A stretch of DNA of 64,000 bases from an uncultured Bacteroidales bacterium (GTDB lineage: Bacteria > Bacteroidota > Bacteroidia > Bacteroidales > FEN-979), in contig CAWDBP010000014.1 in the NCBI GenBank assembly GCA_963800585.1, positions 116,413-180,412 of the forward strand, read 5' to 3'. This document shows positions 49,354-59,723 of the stretch, piece after piece. A program made the translations under genes and the position numbers. Under the pieces are notes generated by a model. The model ran no database searches. It was not told the DNA's origin and saw nothing but the letters and a program-made list of their open reading frames with translations. Within the stretch, counting starts at the first letter, position 1, and the number at the start of each line of letters is the position of its first letter.

Positions 49354-51273
49354 TTATTTATCCTTTACTTCCTCAAAATCAACATCAGTGACTTCATCGT
49401 TACTGCCTTGCTGTTTTTGTTCAGGACCAGGTTGGGGTCCGGGCTGTGGCCCTTCATTGGGCTGTTGCGGCTGTGCATTCTTATACATATCTTCACTTGC
49501 GCTTTGCCACATCGAATTGAGGTTAGCCATGGCTTTATCAATCCCCGGAAGATCTTTACTTTTATGTGCAGCTTTTAATTCTTCCAGTGATTTCATGATC
49601 GACTCTTTTTTATTTGCCGGTATCTTGTCGCCAAATTCCTTCATCTGTTTTTCCGTCTGGAAAATGAGAGAATCTGCTGTGTTTAATTTATCGATCTCTT
49701 CCTTGAGTCGTTTATCTGTATCTGCATTTACCTGGGCTTCTTCTTTCATCTTCTTGATATCAGCATCTGATAATCCCGAAGATGCTTCAATACGGATCTG
49801 TTGTGATTTCCCGGTAGCTTTATCCCTGGCAGCAACATTCAGAATTCCGTTTGCATCTATATCGAATGTAACTTCGATCTGAGGAATGCCACGTTGTGAA
49901 GGAGGAATGCCATCAAGGTGGAAACGGCCAATGCTTTTGTTTTGATTTGCCATGGGTCGTTCGCCCTGGAGTATATGGATCTCAACTGATGTCTGATTAT
50001 CAGCTGCAGTAGAAAAAACTTCTGACTTTTTTGTCGGGATAGTCGTATTTGATTCGATCAACCGGGTCATGACACCACCGAGGGTTTCAATTCCCAATGA
50101 AAGCGGAGTGACGTCCAGCAAAAGAACATCTTTCACTTCTCCTGTCAGAACACCTCCCTGGATAGCTGCGCCAACGGCTACAACTTCATCAGGGTTTACA
50201 CCTTTTGAAGGTTCTTTACCGAAGAAATCCTTGACCAGTTTTTGTACGGCAGGAATCCTTGTAGAACCGCCAACCAGGATCACTTCATCAATGTCAGACG
50301 TTTTCAGGCCGGCATCCTTCATAGCCTGTTCACAAGGGGGTATGGTCGTCCGCATCAAAGGATCGATCAATTGTTCAAATTTAGCCCGTGAAAGTTTTTT
50401 TACCAGATGCTTCGGAATGCCATCAACCGGCATTATATAGGGCAGGTTGATCTCGGTTTCGGTTGAACTTGATAATTCTATCTTAGCTTTTTCAGCAGCT
50501 TCTTTAAGACGCTGAAGCGCCATCGGGTCTTTCCTCAGATCAATCCGTTCGTCTTTCAGAAATTCATCTGCAAGCCAGTCTATAATAAGGTGGTCAAAAT
50601 CATCTCCTCCAAGGTGGGTATTCCCGTTGGTGGATTTAACTTCAAATACACCTTCCCCGAGTTCGAGGATTGAAATATCAAAAGTTCCGCCCCCCAGGTC
50701 GAAAACGGCCACCTTCATGTCTCTGTTCTTTTTATCCAGGCCGTATGCCAGGGCAGCTGCTGTGGGCTCATTGATGATACGTTTGACATCGAGCCCTGCA
50801 ATTTCACCTGCCTCTTTCGTGGCCTGACGCTGTGAATCGCTGAAGTAGGCTGGCACCGTGATGACCGCTTCCTTTATTTCCATTCCAAGATAATCTTCGG
50901 CGGTTTTTCTCATCTTCTGAAGTATCATGGCGGAAATTTCCTGCGGGGAATATAATTTACCATTGATGTTGACACGCGGTGTGTCATTTTCACCATGATC
51001 AACATGGTACGGCACACGCTTGATTTCTTTTTCAACCTGGTTATAGGTTTCCCCCATGAACCGTTTTATAGAGAAAACAGTATTCTGAGGATTGGTGATT
51101 GCCTGACGCTTGGCCGGATCGCCGACTTTTCGCTCACCATTTTCAGTAAAAGCAACGATAGAAGGAGTCGTTCTCCTCCCTTCACTGTTGGCAATGACAA
51201 CCGGCTCGTTCCCTTCCATGACAGCTACGCATGAGTTCGTGGTTCCAAGATCGATACCAATAATTTTTCCCAT
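49354..51273 (-). CDS. dnaK: molecular chaperone DnaK (Hsp70)
   Basis: [18 protein letters not shown]..., [10 protein letters not shown] and the full Hsp70 layout are present. The start is set at the conserved [10 protein letters not shown] rather than the upstream in-frame ATG at 51327. Confidence 0.97.
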   Translation of the reverse strand: MGKIIGIDLGTTNSCVAVMEGNEPVVIANSEGRRTTPSIVAFTENGERKVGDPAKRQAITNPQNTVFSIKRFMGETYNQVEKEIKRVPYHVDHGENDTPRVNINGKLYSPQEISAMILQKMRKTAEDYLGMEIKEAVITVPAYFSDSQRQATKEAGEIAGLDVKRIINEPTAAALAYGLDKKNRDMKVAVFDLGGGTFDISILELGEGVFEVKSTNGNTHLGGDDFDHLIIDWLADEFLKDERIDLRKDPMALQRLKEAAEKAKIELSSSTETEINLPYIMPVDGIPKHLVKKLSRAKFEQLIDPLMRTTIPPCEQAMKDAGLKTSDIDEVILVGGSTRIPAVQKLVKDFFGKEPSKGVNPDEVVAVGAAIQGGVLTGEVKDVLLLDVTPLSLGIETLGGVMTRLIESNTTIPTKKSEVFSTAADNQTSVEIHILQGERPMANQNKSIGRFHLDGIPPSQRGIPQIEVTFDIDANGILNVAARDKATGKSQQIRIEASSGLSDADIKKMKEEAQVNADTDKRLKEEIDKLNTADSLIFQTEKQMKEFGDKIPANKKESIMKSLEELKAAHKSKDLPGIDKAMANLNSMWQSASEDMYKNAQPQQPNEGPQPGPQPGPEQKQQGSNDEVTDVDFEEVKDK

Positions 51274-51396
51274 TTTATTTAAATTTTTTGTTAATATATT
51301 TTTCGGAATCTCGTCCTTGGATGTCAATCATTATGCCAAAATAGAATTGGCTGTCAGATTGTGACAAAACGACAGTGAAGGGAAATTATCAGGATG

Positions 51397-52407
51397 TCAG
51401 AAACCCCGGTTTATAAAAGCGGTATCAGTCTTAAACTCGTTGAATGTGTTGTCACCGAGATTGATGGTGTCTATTTCATTTACATATCTGCTGGAAAATA
51501 GTCCGATGCCGTTGTAAATGTTTGAAAAAGAAGGCCGTTCCTGAATGATCGAAAGGGACGGTTCGGACACATTCATATAAGTGTTGAGATCATCAGATGC
51601 AACACTGAAGATAAAATCCACATACTGAGCTGATCTTGCGTTTACAGAGGGATCTTCTTTTAAGGTCTTAATGTTGGCCTTCGCTACAGTGTAAAAAACA
51701 TCGGAAGAAAATGATTGCTCAAGTGGCAGAGACGATAACTCATAGGGATCAGACACTTCATAGTCATTAAAAACCAACCAGTCATAGGATTTCGGCTTTG
51801 TACCACTTCCTGTAGTTTCCAGGTAATGAAAACGAATTACAAGCTGGTATCGTTTCCCTCCATAAGCCTGATCAAATTGTGCTACAAAATACTGCCCCGG
51901 AATGAAATCAGCTTGTTTAAAATAAGGATCCGGATTGACACTATTAAAATTGTGAACCAGCGTGGTGGATGCAGAATCCACAACCCCGGTTTTCGTATGA
52001 GTGATCTTAAGCCGGTAAGTGTTGTTCTGATCCAGATGCCCGGTTTTACAATAATAAACCATTTGCGTCGGAAAGTAGAATATCGAATCGCCTGCTTGTT
52101 TGGTATGAATAGTCAAGGTATCAAACACATAGGTCTTCACAAGGGTACCGGCCGACCATGCCTCCATTCTGACATCCAGCTTGCCCGGATAAGTACTTGA
52201 ATCGGGGATCTTTGCAAATTCCATGGCATTGCCGTTACCGAGAAATGCTTTTGTGATTTTAATATAGGCAGTATCATCATTCTGGCTCAGAAGCCCATAA
52301 ACTACGGTGATGTCTTTCCAGTTCGCATTCACATTTAATTTATCGTTGCATGAATAAAGAATCGTGATAACCCCGAGGCTGATAAGAAAAATTCTGATGT
52401 AACGCAT
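51397..52407 (-). CDS. hypothetical lipoprotein
   Basis: 336-aa ORF with the leader MRYIRIFLISLGVITILYSC (lipobox). I cannot assign a family confidently. Confidence 0.6.
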   Translation of the reverse strand: MRYIRIFLISLGVITILYSCNDKLNVNANWKDITVVYGLLSQNDDTAYIKITKAFLGNGNAMEFAKIPDSSTYPGKLDVRMEAWSAGTLVKTYVFDTLTIHTKQAGDSIFYFPTQMVYYCKTGHLDQNNTYRLKITHTKTGVVDSASTTLVHNFNSVNPDPYFKQADFIPGQYFVAQFDQAYGGKRYQLVIRFHYLETTGSGTKPKSYDWLVFNDYEVSDPYELSSLPLEQSFSSDVFYTVAKANIKTLKEDPSVNARSAQYVDFIFSVASDDLNTYMNVSEPSLSIIQERPSFSNIYNGIGLFSSRYVNEIDTINLGDNTFNEFKTDTAFINRGF

Positions 52408-52463
52408 AGCTGATTCGATCTGGAAAAGGAAGACAAAAGTAAATATTTTTTAATTATTTGTTG

Positions 52464-52471
52464 TAGTTTTG
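52464..52471 (+). promoter_or_regulatory. candidate -7 box (TAnnTTTG) for panB
   Basis: TAGTTTTG, 18 nt upstream of the ATG at 52490. Confidence 0.5.
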
Positions 52472-52489
52472 CTGATAAATAGCAAAAGA

Positions 52490-53308
52490 ATGACACCATC
52501 ATACCGGAATGTCCCGAAAGTTACCACGTTTGTGCTCCAGGAAATGAAACTGGAGGGGGAAAAAATCGCCATGCTTACTGCCTATGATTATTCATTTGCA
52601 CGGATCCTTGATGGAACAGGCATTGACATCATACTTGTCGGGGATTCAGCCTCCAATGTAATGGCAGGACATACTTCCACTCTCCCCATCACCCTGAATG
52701 AGATGATTTATCATGCATCGTCGGTTGTGAGAGCCGTCAAGAGGGCAATGGTAGTGGTCGATATGCCTTTTGGCACTTACCAGGGCAATTCTAAGGAAGC
52801 CTTGTTTTCTGCTATCCGGATCATGAAAGAAAGTGGCGCAGATGCAGTTAAACTCGAAGGAGGGAAAGAAGTTCTTGAGTCGGTCGACCGGATCCTGTCT
52901 GCCGGTATACCGGTGATGGGGCACCTGGGCCTGACACCTCAATCCATTCATAAATTCGGAACATATGTCGTGAGGGCCACTACCGAGGAAGAAGCACAAA
53001 AACTTATGGAGGATGCACAATTGCTCAGTCACGCGGGATGTTTCTCCATCGTCCTCGAAAAAATCCCTGCAAAGCTCGGAGCACAGGTAGCAAGTGCAAT
53101 TAAGATCCCTGCCCTCGGCATCGGAGCCGGACGGGATGTCGACGGTCAGGTCTTGGTATTGCATGACATGCTGGGCATAACAATGGATTTCTCCCCGCGC
53201 TTTCTTCGCCGCTACAACAATCTCGCTGAAGAGATCCAGGGATCGGTAAATACTTACATCAATGACGTCAAATCGCGTGATTTCCCCAATGAACGTGAAC
53301 AATACTAA
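52490..53308 (+). CDS. panB: 3-methyl-2-oxobutanoate hydroxymethyltransferase
   Basis: [37 protein letters not shown]...[11 protein letters not shown]...AVKLEGG is the canonical PanB sequence. The start is set at MTPSYRN, after the -7 box. Confidence 0.93.
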   Translation: MTPSYRNVPKVTTFVLQEMKLEGEKIAMLTAYDYSFARILDGTGIDIILVGDSASNVMAGHTSTLPITLNEMIYHASSVVRAVKRAMVVVDMPFGTYQGNSKEALFSAIRIMKESGADAVKLEGGKEVLESVDRILSAGIPVMGHLGLTPQSIHKFGTYVVRATTEEEAQKLMEDAQLLSHAGCFSIVLEKIPAKLGAQVASAIKIPALGIGAGRDVDGQVLVLHDMLGITMDFSPRFLRRYNNLAEEIQGSVNTYINDVKSRDFPNEREQY

Positions 53309-54015
53309 TGAACAGCAACATAACCGGAAATAATATTCTATTCGAAGACAATCATCTTATCGTCTATAATAAACAGCCCTCACAGATAGTGCAGGGCGAT
53401 AAAACCGGCGATATTCCGCTTAGTGACCTGCTCAAAGCATTTATTAAAGAGCGTGATCATAAACCCGGAAATGTATTTCTTGGTGTGGTTCACCGGATCG
53501 ACCGTCCGGTAAGCGGTGTGGTTGTTTTTGCAAAAACAAGCAAAGCTCTTACCCGTTTGAATGAAATGATCAAGACCGGACAAATTCATAAGTCCTATTG
53601 GGCAATTGTCAAAAATCAGCCACCCGAAGTAAATGGTCATCTTATTCATTTCCTGAAAAAAAACGAAGAAAAAAACAAATCTTTCGCCTACGAGAAGGAA
53701 ATGACCGGTTCGCGGAAAGCTGAGCTTATTTACAAGGTTCTGGCGCGGAGTCAGAATTATTTTCTTCTGGAGGTGACCCTGCTGACAGGACGTCATCACC
53801 AGATACGCACCCAACTGTCAAAGATCGGCTGCCCGGTAAAAGGCGACCTGAAATATGGATTCGACCGCTCAAACCCGGATGGTTCGATTTGTTTGCATGC
53901 CAGGCAGGTCGAATTCATTCATCCGGTAAGTAAAGAAGAAATTAAAGTGGTCGCAGCACCCCCGGATGACAAACTCTGGAAGTCATTTCTATCACAACTT
54001 AATATAAAATTTTGA
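53308..54015 (+). CDS. RluA-family pseudouridine synthase
   Basis: HRIDRPVSGVVVFAKTSKA (catalytic Asp motif) and TGRHHQIRTQL are present. The ATG overlaps the panB TAA (TAATG). Confidence 0.88.
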   Translation: MNSNITGNNILFEDNHLIVYNKQPSQIVQGDKTGDIPLSDLLKAFIKERDHKPGNVFLGVVHRIDRPVSGVVVFAKTSKALTRLNEMIKTGQIHKSYWAIVKNQPPEVNGHLIHFLKKNEEKNKSFAYEKEMTGSRKAELIYKVLARSQNYFLLEVTLLTGRHHQIRTQLSKIGCPVKGDLKYGFDRSNPDGSICLHARQVEFIHPVSKEEIKVVAAPPDDKLWKSFLSQLNIKF

Positions 54016-54039
54016 GAAATCTTTTTTACTATCCCTGAA

Positions 54040-54834
54040 ATGGAAACCGGAGAAATAATCCTTCAGCCTGATACGGTTCTTTCACAGGATCTGAAATTGA
54101 TTTCTCATAAAATATTTACCGATTCAACCGCAGATTTTCAGAGCCTTCTCTCTCCTGCTCCGGCTCCGATGCATTCATTTTTCACTTCTCACCAGTTAAA
54201 AACGCAGGAGATACGGCCACTTCCATTCATAAAATACCAACCCGACTGGATCCTGGGTTTTCTTCTGCTGTGTTTTATTCTGCTTGCCTGGGTTCAGGTG
54301 TTTTCACGCAGGAGACTCCGGCAGATCATGATGGCCCCATACTCAAAAAGGTTTCTGAATCAACTGGTCAGGGATGGTGATTTATTTTCTGAACGGATCT
54401 CACTGGCTACGGGTTTCCTTTATTTTATTACAACATCTTTATTTATATACCAGCTCATTGAACTTGTTTTCAACCGGGAGCCGCAGAGGTTGATCGGAGG
54501 GTTTACGGTTTTTTTTGCACTGATATGTATTTTATTACTGGCCTTCTGGATTGTCAAAGTCGCACTGATCCGGTTTCTTTCATTTATCTTCAGGACCCGT
54601 CAGACTTCCAGGGAATATTTATTAAATATTTTGATTTTCAACATATTAACAGGCATTTTCTTATTGCCATTCGTGGTTTCTGGGGTGTATTTGAAATCTG
54701 AGTTTTTTATTTGGGTTTGCATGATTGTGTTTGTTTTGTTCTTCTTTTTTCGATTGATAAGAGGGTTTTTGATAGGAATATCACTTACGAAATTTTCCTG
54801 CGTTGTTTTTATTTGTGTATCTTTGCACCCTTGA
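54040..54834 (+). CDS. DUF4271-like polytopic membrane protein
   Basis: 264 aa with about 6 TM helices. Its position directly upstream of hemD matches the common Bacteroidota arrangement. The family name is from memory. Confidence 0.6.
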   Translation: METGEIILQPDTVLSQDLKLISHKIFTDSTADFQSLLSPAPAPMHSFFTSHQLKTQEIRPLPFIKYQPDWILGFLLLCFILLAWVQVFSRRRLRQIMMAPYSKRFLNQLVRDGDLFSERISLATGFLYFITTSLFIYQLIELVFNREPQRLIGGFTVFFALICILLLAFWIVKVALIRFLSFIFRTRQTSREYLLNILIFNILTGIFLLPFVVSGVYLKSEFFIWVCMIVFVLFFFFRLIRGFLIGISLTKFSCVVFICVSLHP

Positions 54835-54936
54835 AATATTACCCCTGGTCGTTTTCTTAAAAGTTGTTCTGAATCTATTATTTATAGGCGATCGGGATAG
54901 TCAGTCTGAGTGTACAACGATAAAAAACAGACTGCA

Positions 54937-55691
54937 TTGAAAATAAAAACTATCCTTGTCTCTCAACCCAAGCCATCAGATCTTGAAAAATCACCGTATC
55001 TGATCTGATAAAAAAGTTTAATGTTGATGTCGATATTCCGTAAGTTTATTAATATTGAGGGTATCACTGCTAAGGAATTCAGGAAAGACCGGATCAATAT
55101 TCTCGATTATACGTGCAGTTATTTTTACATCACGCAATGCAGTGGATCATTTCTTCCGGATTTGTAAGGAAATGCGAATCGAGGTGCCTGATTCTATGAA
55201 GTATTTTAGTATCTCTGAATCTACGGCCTATTATCTCCAGAAATATGTTCAGTACAGGAAAAGAAAAGTTTTTCACAGCAAGGAGAATTTCGCAAATCTG
55301 GTGGAACTGGTCAAAAAGCATAAAACTGAAAAATTCTTATTGCCTTGCTCGGATATCCATAAGCCGGAGATCTCCAATATGCTGGAAGAGAATAAAATCC
55401 AACTCAAAAAAGCGGTGATTTACAGGACACTGGCCAGTGATCTGTCCGACCTTAGAGATTGAAGATTATGATATGCTGCTCTTCTTCAGCCCTTCAGGGA
55501 TAAAATCCTTACTCAAGAATTTCCCCAAATACAAACAAAATAACACAATGATAGGTGCCTTCGGGCCAAGCACTGCCAGAGCGGTAACAGATGCAGGACT
55601 TAAGCTGAATATTGCGGCACCCTCGAAAACAGCACCCTCCATGACCATGGCCATTGAAGAATATCTGCAGAAAGAGCTGAAGAAAAAATAA
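54937..55691 (+). pseudogene. hemD: uroporphyrinogen-III synthase (at least 3 indel frame breaks)
   Basis: Joined frames read (M)KIKTILVSQPKPSDLEKSPY..LIKKFNVDVD..RKFINIEGITAKEFRKDRINILDYT.AVIFTSRNAVDHFFRICKEM...LLFFSPSGIKSL...GPSTARAV. Confidence 0.8.
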
Positions 55692-55692
55692 C

Positions 55693-56085
55693 ATGGATCA
55701 AACTTTCACAAAGGATGAAAGGTTGTGCAAGAAAATTCTGATCACCAAACTCTTCCGGGAAGGTCATTCTTTTTATATTCATCCGTTTCGCATAATATTC
55801 ATGGAAACAACCATCCCTGTCAATTTTCCTGTCCAGGTACTCATTTCTGTTCCAAAACAAAAATTACGAAAAGCAGTCCACCGCAACACGATAAAACGCA
55901 GGATCCGTGAAGCCTGGCGGACCAACAAGGGAATTTTATATGAAGATCTTACAGAAAGACAGCAACAGATGGCAGTTTGCATAATGTATACTTCGAAGGA
56001 GATACTTCCGTTTAGCCTGATAAGGGAAAAAATAATATTGCTTTTACAGCGTTTAACGAAAGGAGATGCGAAAGTTACTGGGTAA
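55693..56085 (+). CDS. rnpA: ribonuclease P protein component
   Basis: 130 aa with ERLCKKILITKLFREGHSFYIHPFRIIF...NTIKRRIREAWR, typical of RnpA. It is followed by yidD as usual. Confidence 0.88.
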   Translation: MDQTFTKDERLCKKILITKLFREGHSFYIHPFRIIFMETTIPVNFPVQVLISVPKQKLRKAVHRNTIKRRIREAWRTNKGILYEDLTERQQQMAVCIMYTSKEILPFSLIREKIILLLQRLTKGDAKVTG

Positions 56086-56285
56086 TTTCTTAATCCTTTT
56101 GATCCGGTTGTACCAGGGCATACTCTCACCTTACCTGTTTCGTCATGCAGGTTTACGCCATCCTGCTCGGCTTATGGGATAGAGGCGATCAGGAAACATG
56201 GACCTTTTAAGGGCAGTTGGCTTACCCTGAAAAGACTGGCACATGTCATCCCTGGGGTGGAAGCGGTTATGATCCGGTTCCATAA
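56066..56285 (+). pseudogene. yidD: membrane protein insertion efficiency factor YidD (two frame breaks)
   Basis: Joined frames read [59 protein letters not shown] single missing base before CHPWGG restores the conserved end. Confidence 0.8.
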
Positions 56286-56314
56286 ATGCAGAGAAGTGAA
56301 TTAAAATATGTATA

Positions 56315-58077
56315 ATGGATAATAATATAGGAATTATGATACGCAGAGGAGCAATTATTTTATTGATCATGGTTTTAACTGGGAGCTTGGAGCTTGCACC
56401 TGCCCAGGCCCCTGACGAACAGGGCTTTGAGATCGTAAAGAATCTTGACATCTATTCAAATGTCATAAAAGAACTGAATACGAATTATGTGGATGATATA
56501 AAGCCGGGAGAACTTACGAAAACGGCCATCGACGCAATGCTTGAATCACTCGATCCATATACGAATTTTATCACTGAAAATGAGATCGAAGATTATAAAT
56601 TCATTACCACAGGCGAGTATGGAGGAATCGGGGCATTGATCCATCAGAATGGTGATTACGTCGTAATTTCAGAACCTTACGAAGGCTCCCCTGCGCAGAA
56701 AAGTGACCTCAGGGCGGGAGATATTATCCTGGAGATAAACGGTCAATCTGCAAAAGGGAAATCCTATTCAGATGTAAGTGCCATCCTGAAAGGACAGTCG
56801 GGAACTTCGATAACCCTGAAAATCCAGAGGCCTGGTGAAGATATCGCCAGTAGAGAAAACCCTCAACCGGAGAGATCATCAAGATCGACAATATTCCTTA
56901 TTCCGGCATGCTCGGGAATGACATCGGCTATATTAAACTCACCAGTTTTACCCAGAAAGCAGCATTGGAAGTCAAACAGGCCTTCATGAAACTTCGTGAA
57001 AAAGGAGATATGAAAGGGGCTATCATTGACCTGAGGGGGAATGGCGGTGGTTTGCTGAATGAAGCTGTGGATATAGTTAATATTTTTGTTGACCGTGGAC
57101 AGGATGTTGTTACTACCAAAGGAAAACTCCCGGATAAAAACCATACCTATAAAACCATGAATTCAGCAGTGGATATGACTATCCCGTTAGCAGTTCTGGT
57201 CGACGGCCAGAGCGCCTCGGCCAGTGAGATCCTGTCCGGTGCCATCCAGGACCTTGACAGAGGGGTGATCGTCGGTCGCAGAACCTTTGGAAAAGGACTG
57301 GTTCAGAATGTTGTTCCGCTGAGTTATAATGCACAGATGAAAGTCACGGTAGCAAAGTATTATATTCCAAGTGGCAGGTGTATTCAGGCTATTGACTATT
57401 CGCATAAAAACAAAGAAGGGGTATTTGGTACAATCCCCGATTCACTGATCACTGCATTCAAAACAAAGGATGGACGTACCGTTTATGAAGGAAGGGGAAT
57501 CAAACCCGATATTCACAGCGATAAAATTGACTACAGCAACATTGCAATGGCTCTCTATACCAAGTACCTTATTTTTGATTTTGCAACTAAATTCAGGAGG
57601 GACCATCCTTCTGTTCCTCCGGCAGATAAATTTGAGATTACCGACTCTATTTTCAATTCATTCGTGGCATTTATCTCTGATAAAAACTATGATTATAAGA
57701 CAAAAAGTGAAGAAGCCCTCGAAGACCTGCGTAAGAATTCAGAAAAAGAAAACTATTTCAATGCCATAAAATCCGAATACGATGCACTGAAGAACCAGAT
57801 GCAAAATGATAAAAAGAGCGACCTGACTAAATTCAGGTCACAGATCTCTGAATTGTTAAAGCAGGAAATTGTTTCCAGGTATTATTACCAGAAAGGCAAG
57901 ATAATCGCTTCACTGAATTCTGATAAAGATATCGCAGCAGCAATTAATGCAATTACCGACCAGGAGTTATACAAATCTGTACTTTCAGGAACCTACAAAC
58001 CTCCCGTCGAAGAAAAAAACAAAACAAACGTGGAAGATGATCCTGATGATAATGGTGATGATCCGGGATTGCGCTAA
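56315..58077 (+). pseudogene. S41-family C-terminal processing peptidase (one frame break near 56850-56910)
   Basis: It has a PDZ domain (GGIGALIHQNGDYVVISEPYEGSPAQKSDLRAGDIILEING), a catalytic region (IIDLRGNGGGLL, ASASEILSGA) and an acidic C-terminal tail. Confidence 0.85.
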
Positions 58078-58115
58078 AAATGATTTCGTCAAATAATTGA
58101 ATTAACCCTGATACT

Positions 58116-59132
58116 ATGAAAATAAAAATTTACCTGGGAATTTTTGCAATTCTCTTACTGCTGGTCGCAGCAAAAAGTGACCGGCCTGCCTACAGGATAT
58201 TCAACATTAAAGGCCATTCTGCTGATTATGCCGACATCCTTAAAGCGGCAAAAAATGCAGATGTGGTCTTTTTTGGAGAAAGCCATACCAACCCTATTTG
58301 CCATTGGCTGGAATTACAACTGGTGAAAGACCTCAACGCAGAGACGAAAGGCAAGCTGATCATCGGTGCAGAAATGTTTGAACGGGACAACCAGCTGCTT
58401 TTGAATGAGTATATTTCAACCATGATTCGAAAAAAAGATTTTGAAGCTGAAGCCAAACTCTGGCCCAATTACAAGACAGATTATGCGCCAATCGTGGATT
58501 ATGCGGCGAGAAAAGGAATAAAACTTATTGCAACAAACATCCCAAGACGTTTTGCTGCTATTGTAAACCTTAAGGGTTTGGAAGGACTCGACAGCATCAA
58601 TGCTTTGGAACGTGGGATGATGGCGCCCCTTCCGCTCAAATATAATCCCGATCTGCCCTGCTATAAAAAGATTGGTGAGATGGTTGCCGGAGCACCCATG
58701 CACATGGGAGATAACCTGCCAAAAGCACAGGCGATAAAGGATGCCACGATGGCTGCTTCCATTTTAAAGAACCTCAGTGAAGGACATGTGTTTTTTCATA
58801 TTAATGGAAGTTACCACTCCGATAATCATGAAGGGGTTGTATGGTACCTGAAGGAATATAATAAACGGAATGCCACCGATCTGAAGATCGTTACCATAAG
58901 TTCTGTCGACCAGAAGGACCTGGATGATCTTGATAAAGACAACCTTGGGAAAGCCGATTTTATTATTTGTATACCGGAAGATATGACCCAGACACAGGAA
59001 CCTTCAGCAGGCCCTGCCATGCCACCTGCCGGTATGACACCGGTTGCTCCTGTAAAAATCGACAAGGCAGATACTGTTAAGAGGAACGCCCCGGAGCAGG
59101 AATCCGGCGGAGATGATGACGATGATGATTAA
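58116..59132 (+). CDS. ChaN-family (haem/cofactor-binding, Tiki-like) lipoprotein with poly-Asp tail
   Basis: DVVFFGESHTNPICHWLELQLVKDL and the downstream pattern resemble ChaN/PF04187. The C-terminus ends GGDDDDDD. Confidence 0.65.
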   Translation: MKIKIYLGIFAILLLLVAAKSDRPAYRIFNIKGHSADYADILKAAKNADVVFFGESHTNPICHWLELQLVKDLNAETKGKLIIGAEMFERDNQLLLNEYISTMIRKKDFEAEAKLWPNYKTDYAPIVDYAARKGIKLIATNIPRRFAAIVNLKGLEGLDSINALERGMMAPLPLKYNPDLPCYKKIGEMVAGAPMHMGDNLPKAQAIKDATMAASILKNLSEGHVFFHINGSYHSDNHEGVVWYLKEYNKRNATDLKIVTISSVDQKDLDDLDKDNLGKADFIICIPEDMTQTQEPSAGPAMPPAGMTPVAPVKIDKADTVKRNAPEQESGGDDDDDD

Positions 59133-59141
59133 TGTCCCCGT

Positions 59142-59543
59142 TCAGGCAAAAGTAAAATAAGCGTTGATCAGGAAATTCCACAGGGTCACGATAACCGTCG
59201 CAACAAGTTTCGAAAGATAAAAATTGATCTTGAACTTGCCATTCAACAGCCAGATGATGGTGCTGTTGATCCCCAGCCCGATCAGGGCAATAATGAAAAA
59301 CCGTGAGAACTCCTCCACGATCCGGGGATTATGGCTGTTAAAAGTCCAGATCCTGTTAAGGAAATAATTTGTAGTCGCGGCCAGGGTAAACCCAATGGCA
59401 TTGGCAACATACTTCTGGATCTTGACGACCTCCTTGAAAAAATAGGTTGTACCGAAATCAACAAATACCCCTGAAAATCCCACCAGGCAGAACTTGATGA
59501 ATTTGAGGAAGAAAACCTTGTCAAGAATTTTACTTAAATCCAT
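59142..59543 (-). CDS. GtrA-family membrane protein
   Basis: 133 aa with 4 TM helices and FIKFCLVGFSGVFVDFGTTYFF, typical of GtrA-like proteins. Confidence 0.8.
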   Translation of the reverse strand: MDLSKILDKVFFLKFIKFCLVGFSGVFVDFGTTYFFKEVVKIQKYVANAIGFTLAATTNYFLNRIWTFNSHNPRIVEEFSRFFIIALIGLGINSTIIWLLNGKFKINFYLSKLVATVIVTLWNFLINAYFTFA

Positions 59544-59633
59544 AATCAGAATATTATAACTTGAGTTTGTTCCACAAAACTTTTATTACCGCGAAGATGC
59601 AAAAACGCAAATATTTCAAACTCAAAGATATAT

Positions 59634-59668
59634 TTCTTAGCGAAACTTAGCGTCTTAGCGCCTTAGCG
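59634..59668 (-). repeat. CTTAGCG 8-10 nt tandem array (4 units)
   Basis: ttcttagcg aaacttagcg tcttagcg ccttagcg. The minus strand reads CGCTAAG, putting a TAA in each unit, and is oriented with the upstream M28 gene. A related cttagcg/ttagca pair sits at 24516-24550. Confidence 0.85.
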
Positions 59669-59723
59669 GTATATTTTTGTCTGTTTCTTACAAGCAGGTC
59701 ATTTTGTTATTCCCCACCTTTAT

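Noticed and set aside
1-56910. Programmed ribosomal frameshifting as an explanation for split genes
   Set aside because: There are far too many breaks, several per gene, of both signs, with no shared slippery heptamer or downstream structure. They occur in gene families not known to use recoding.
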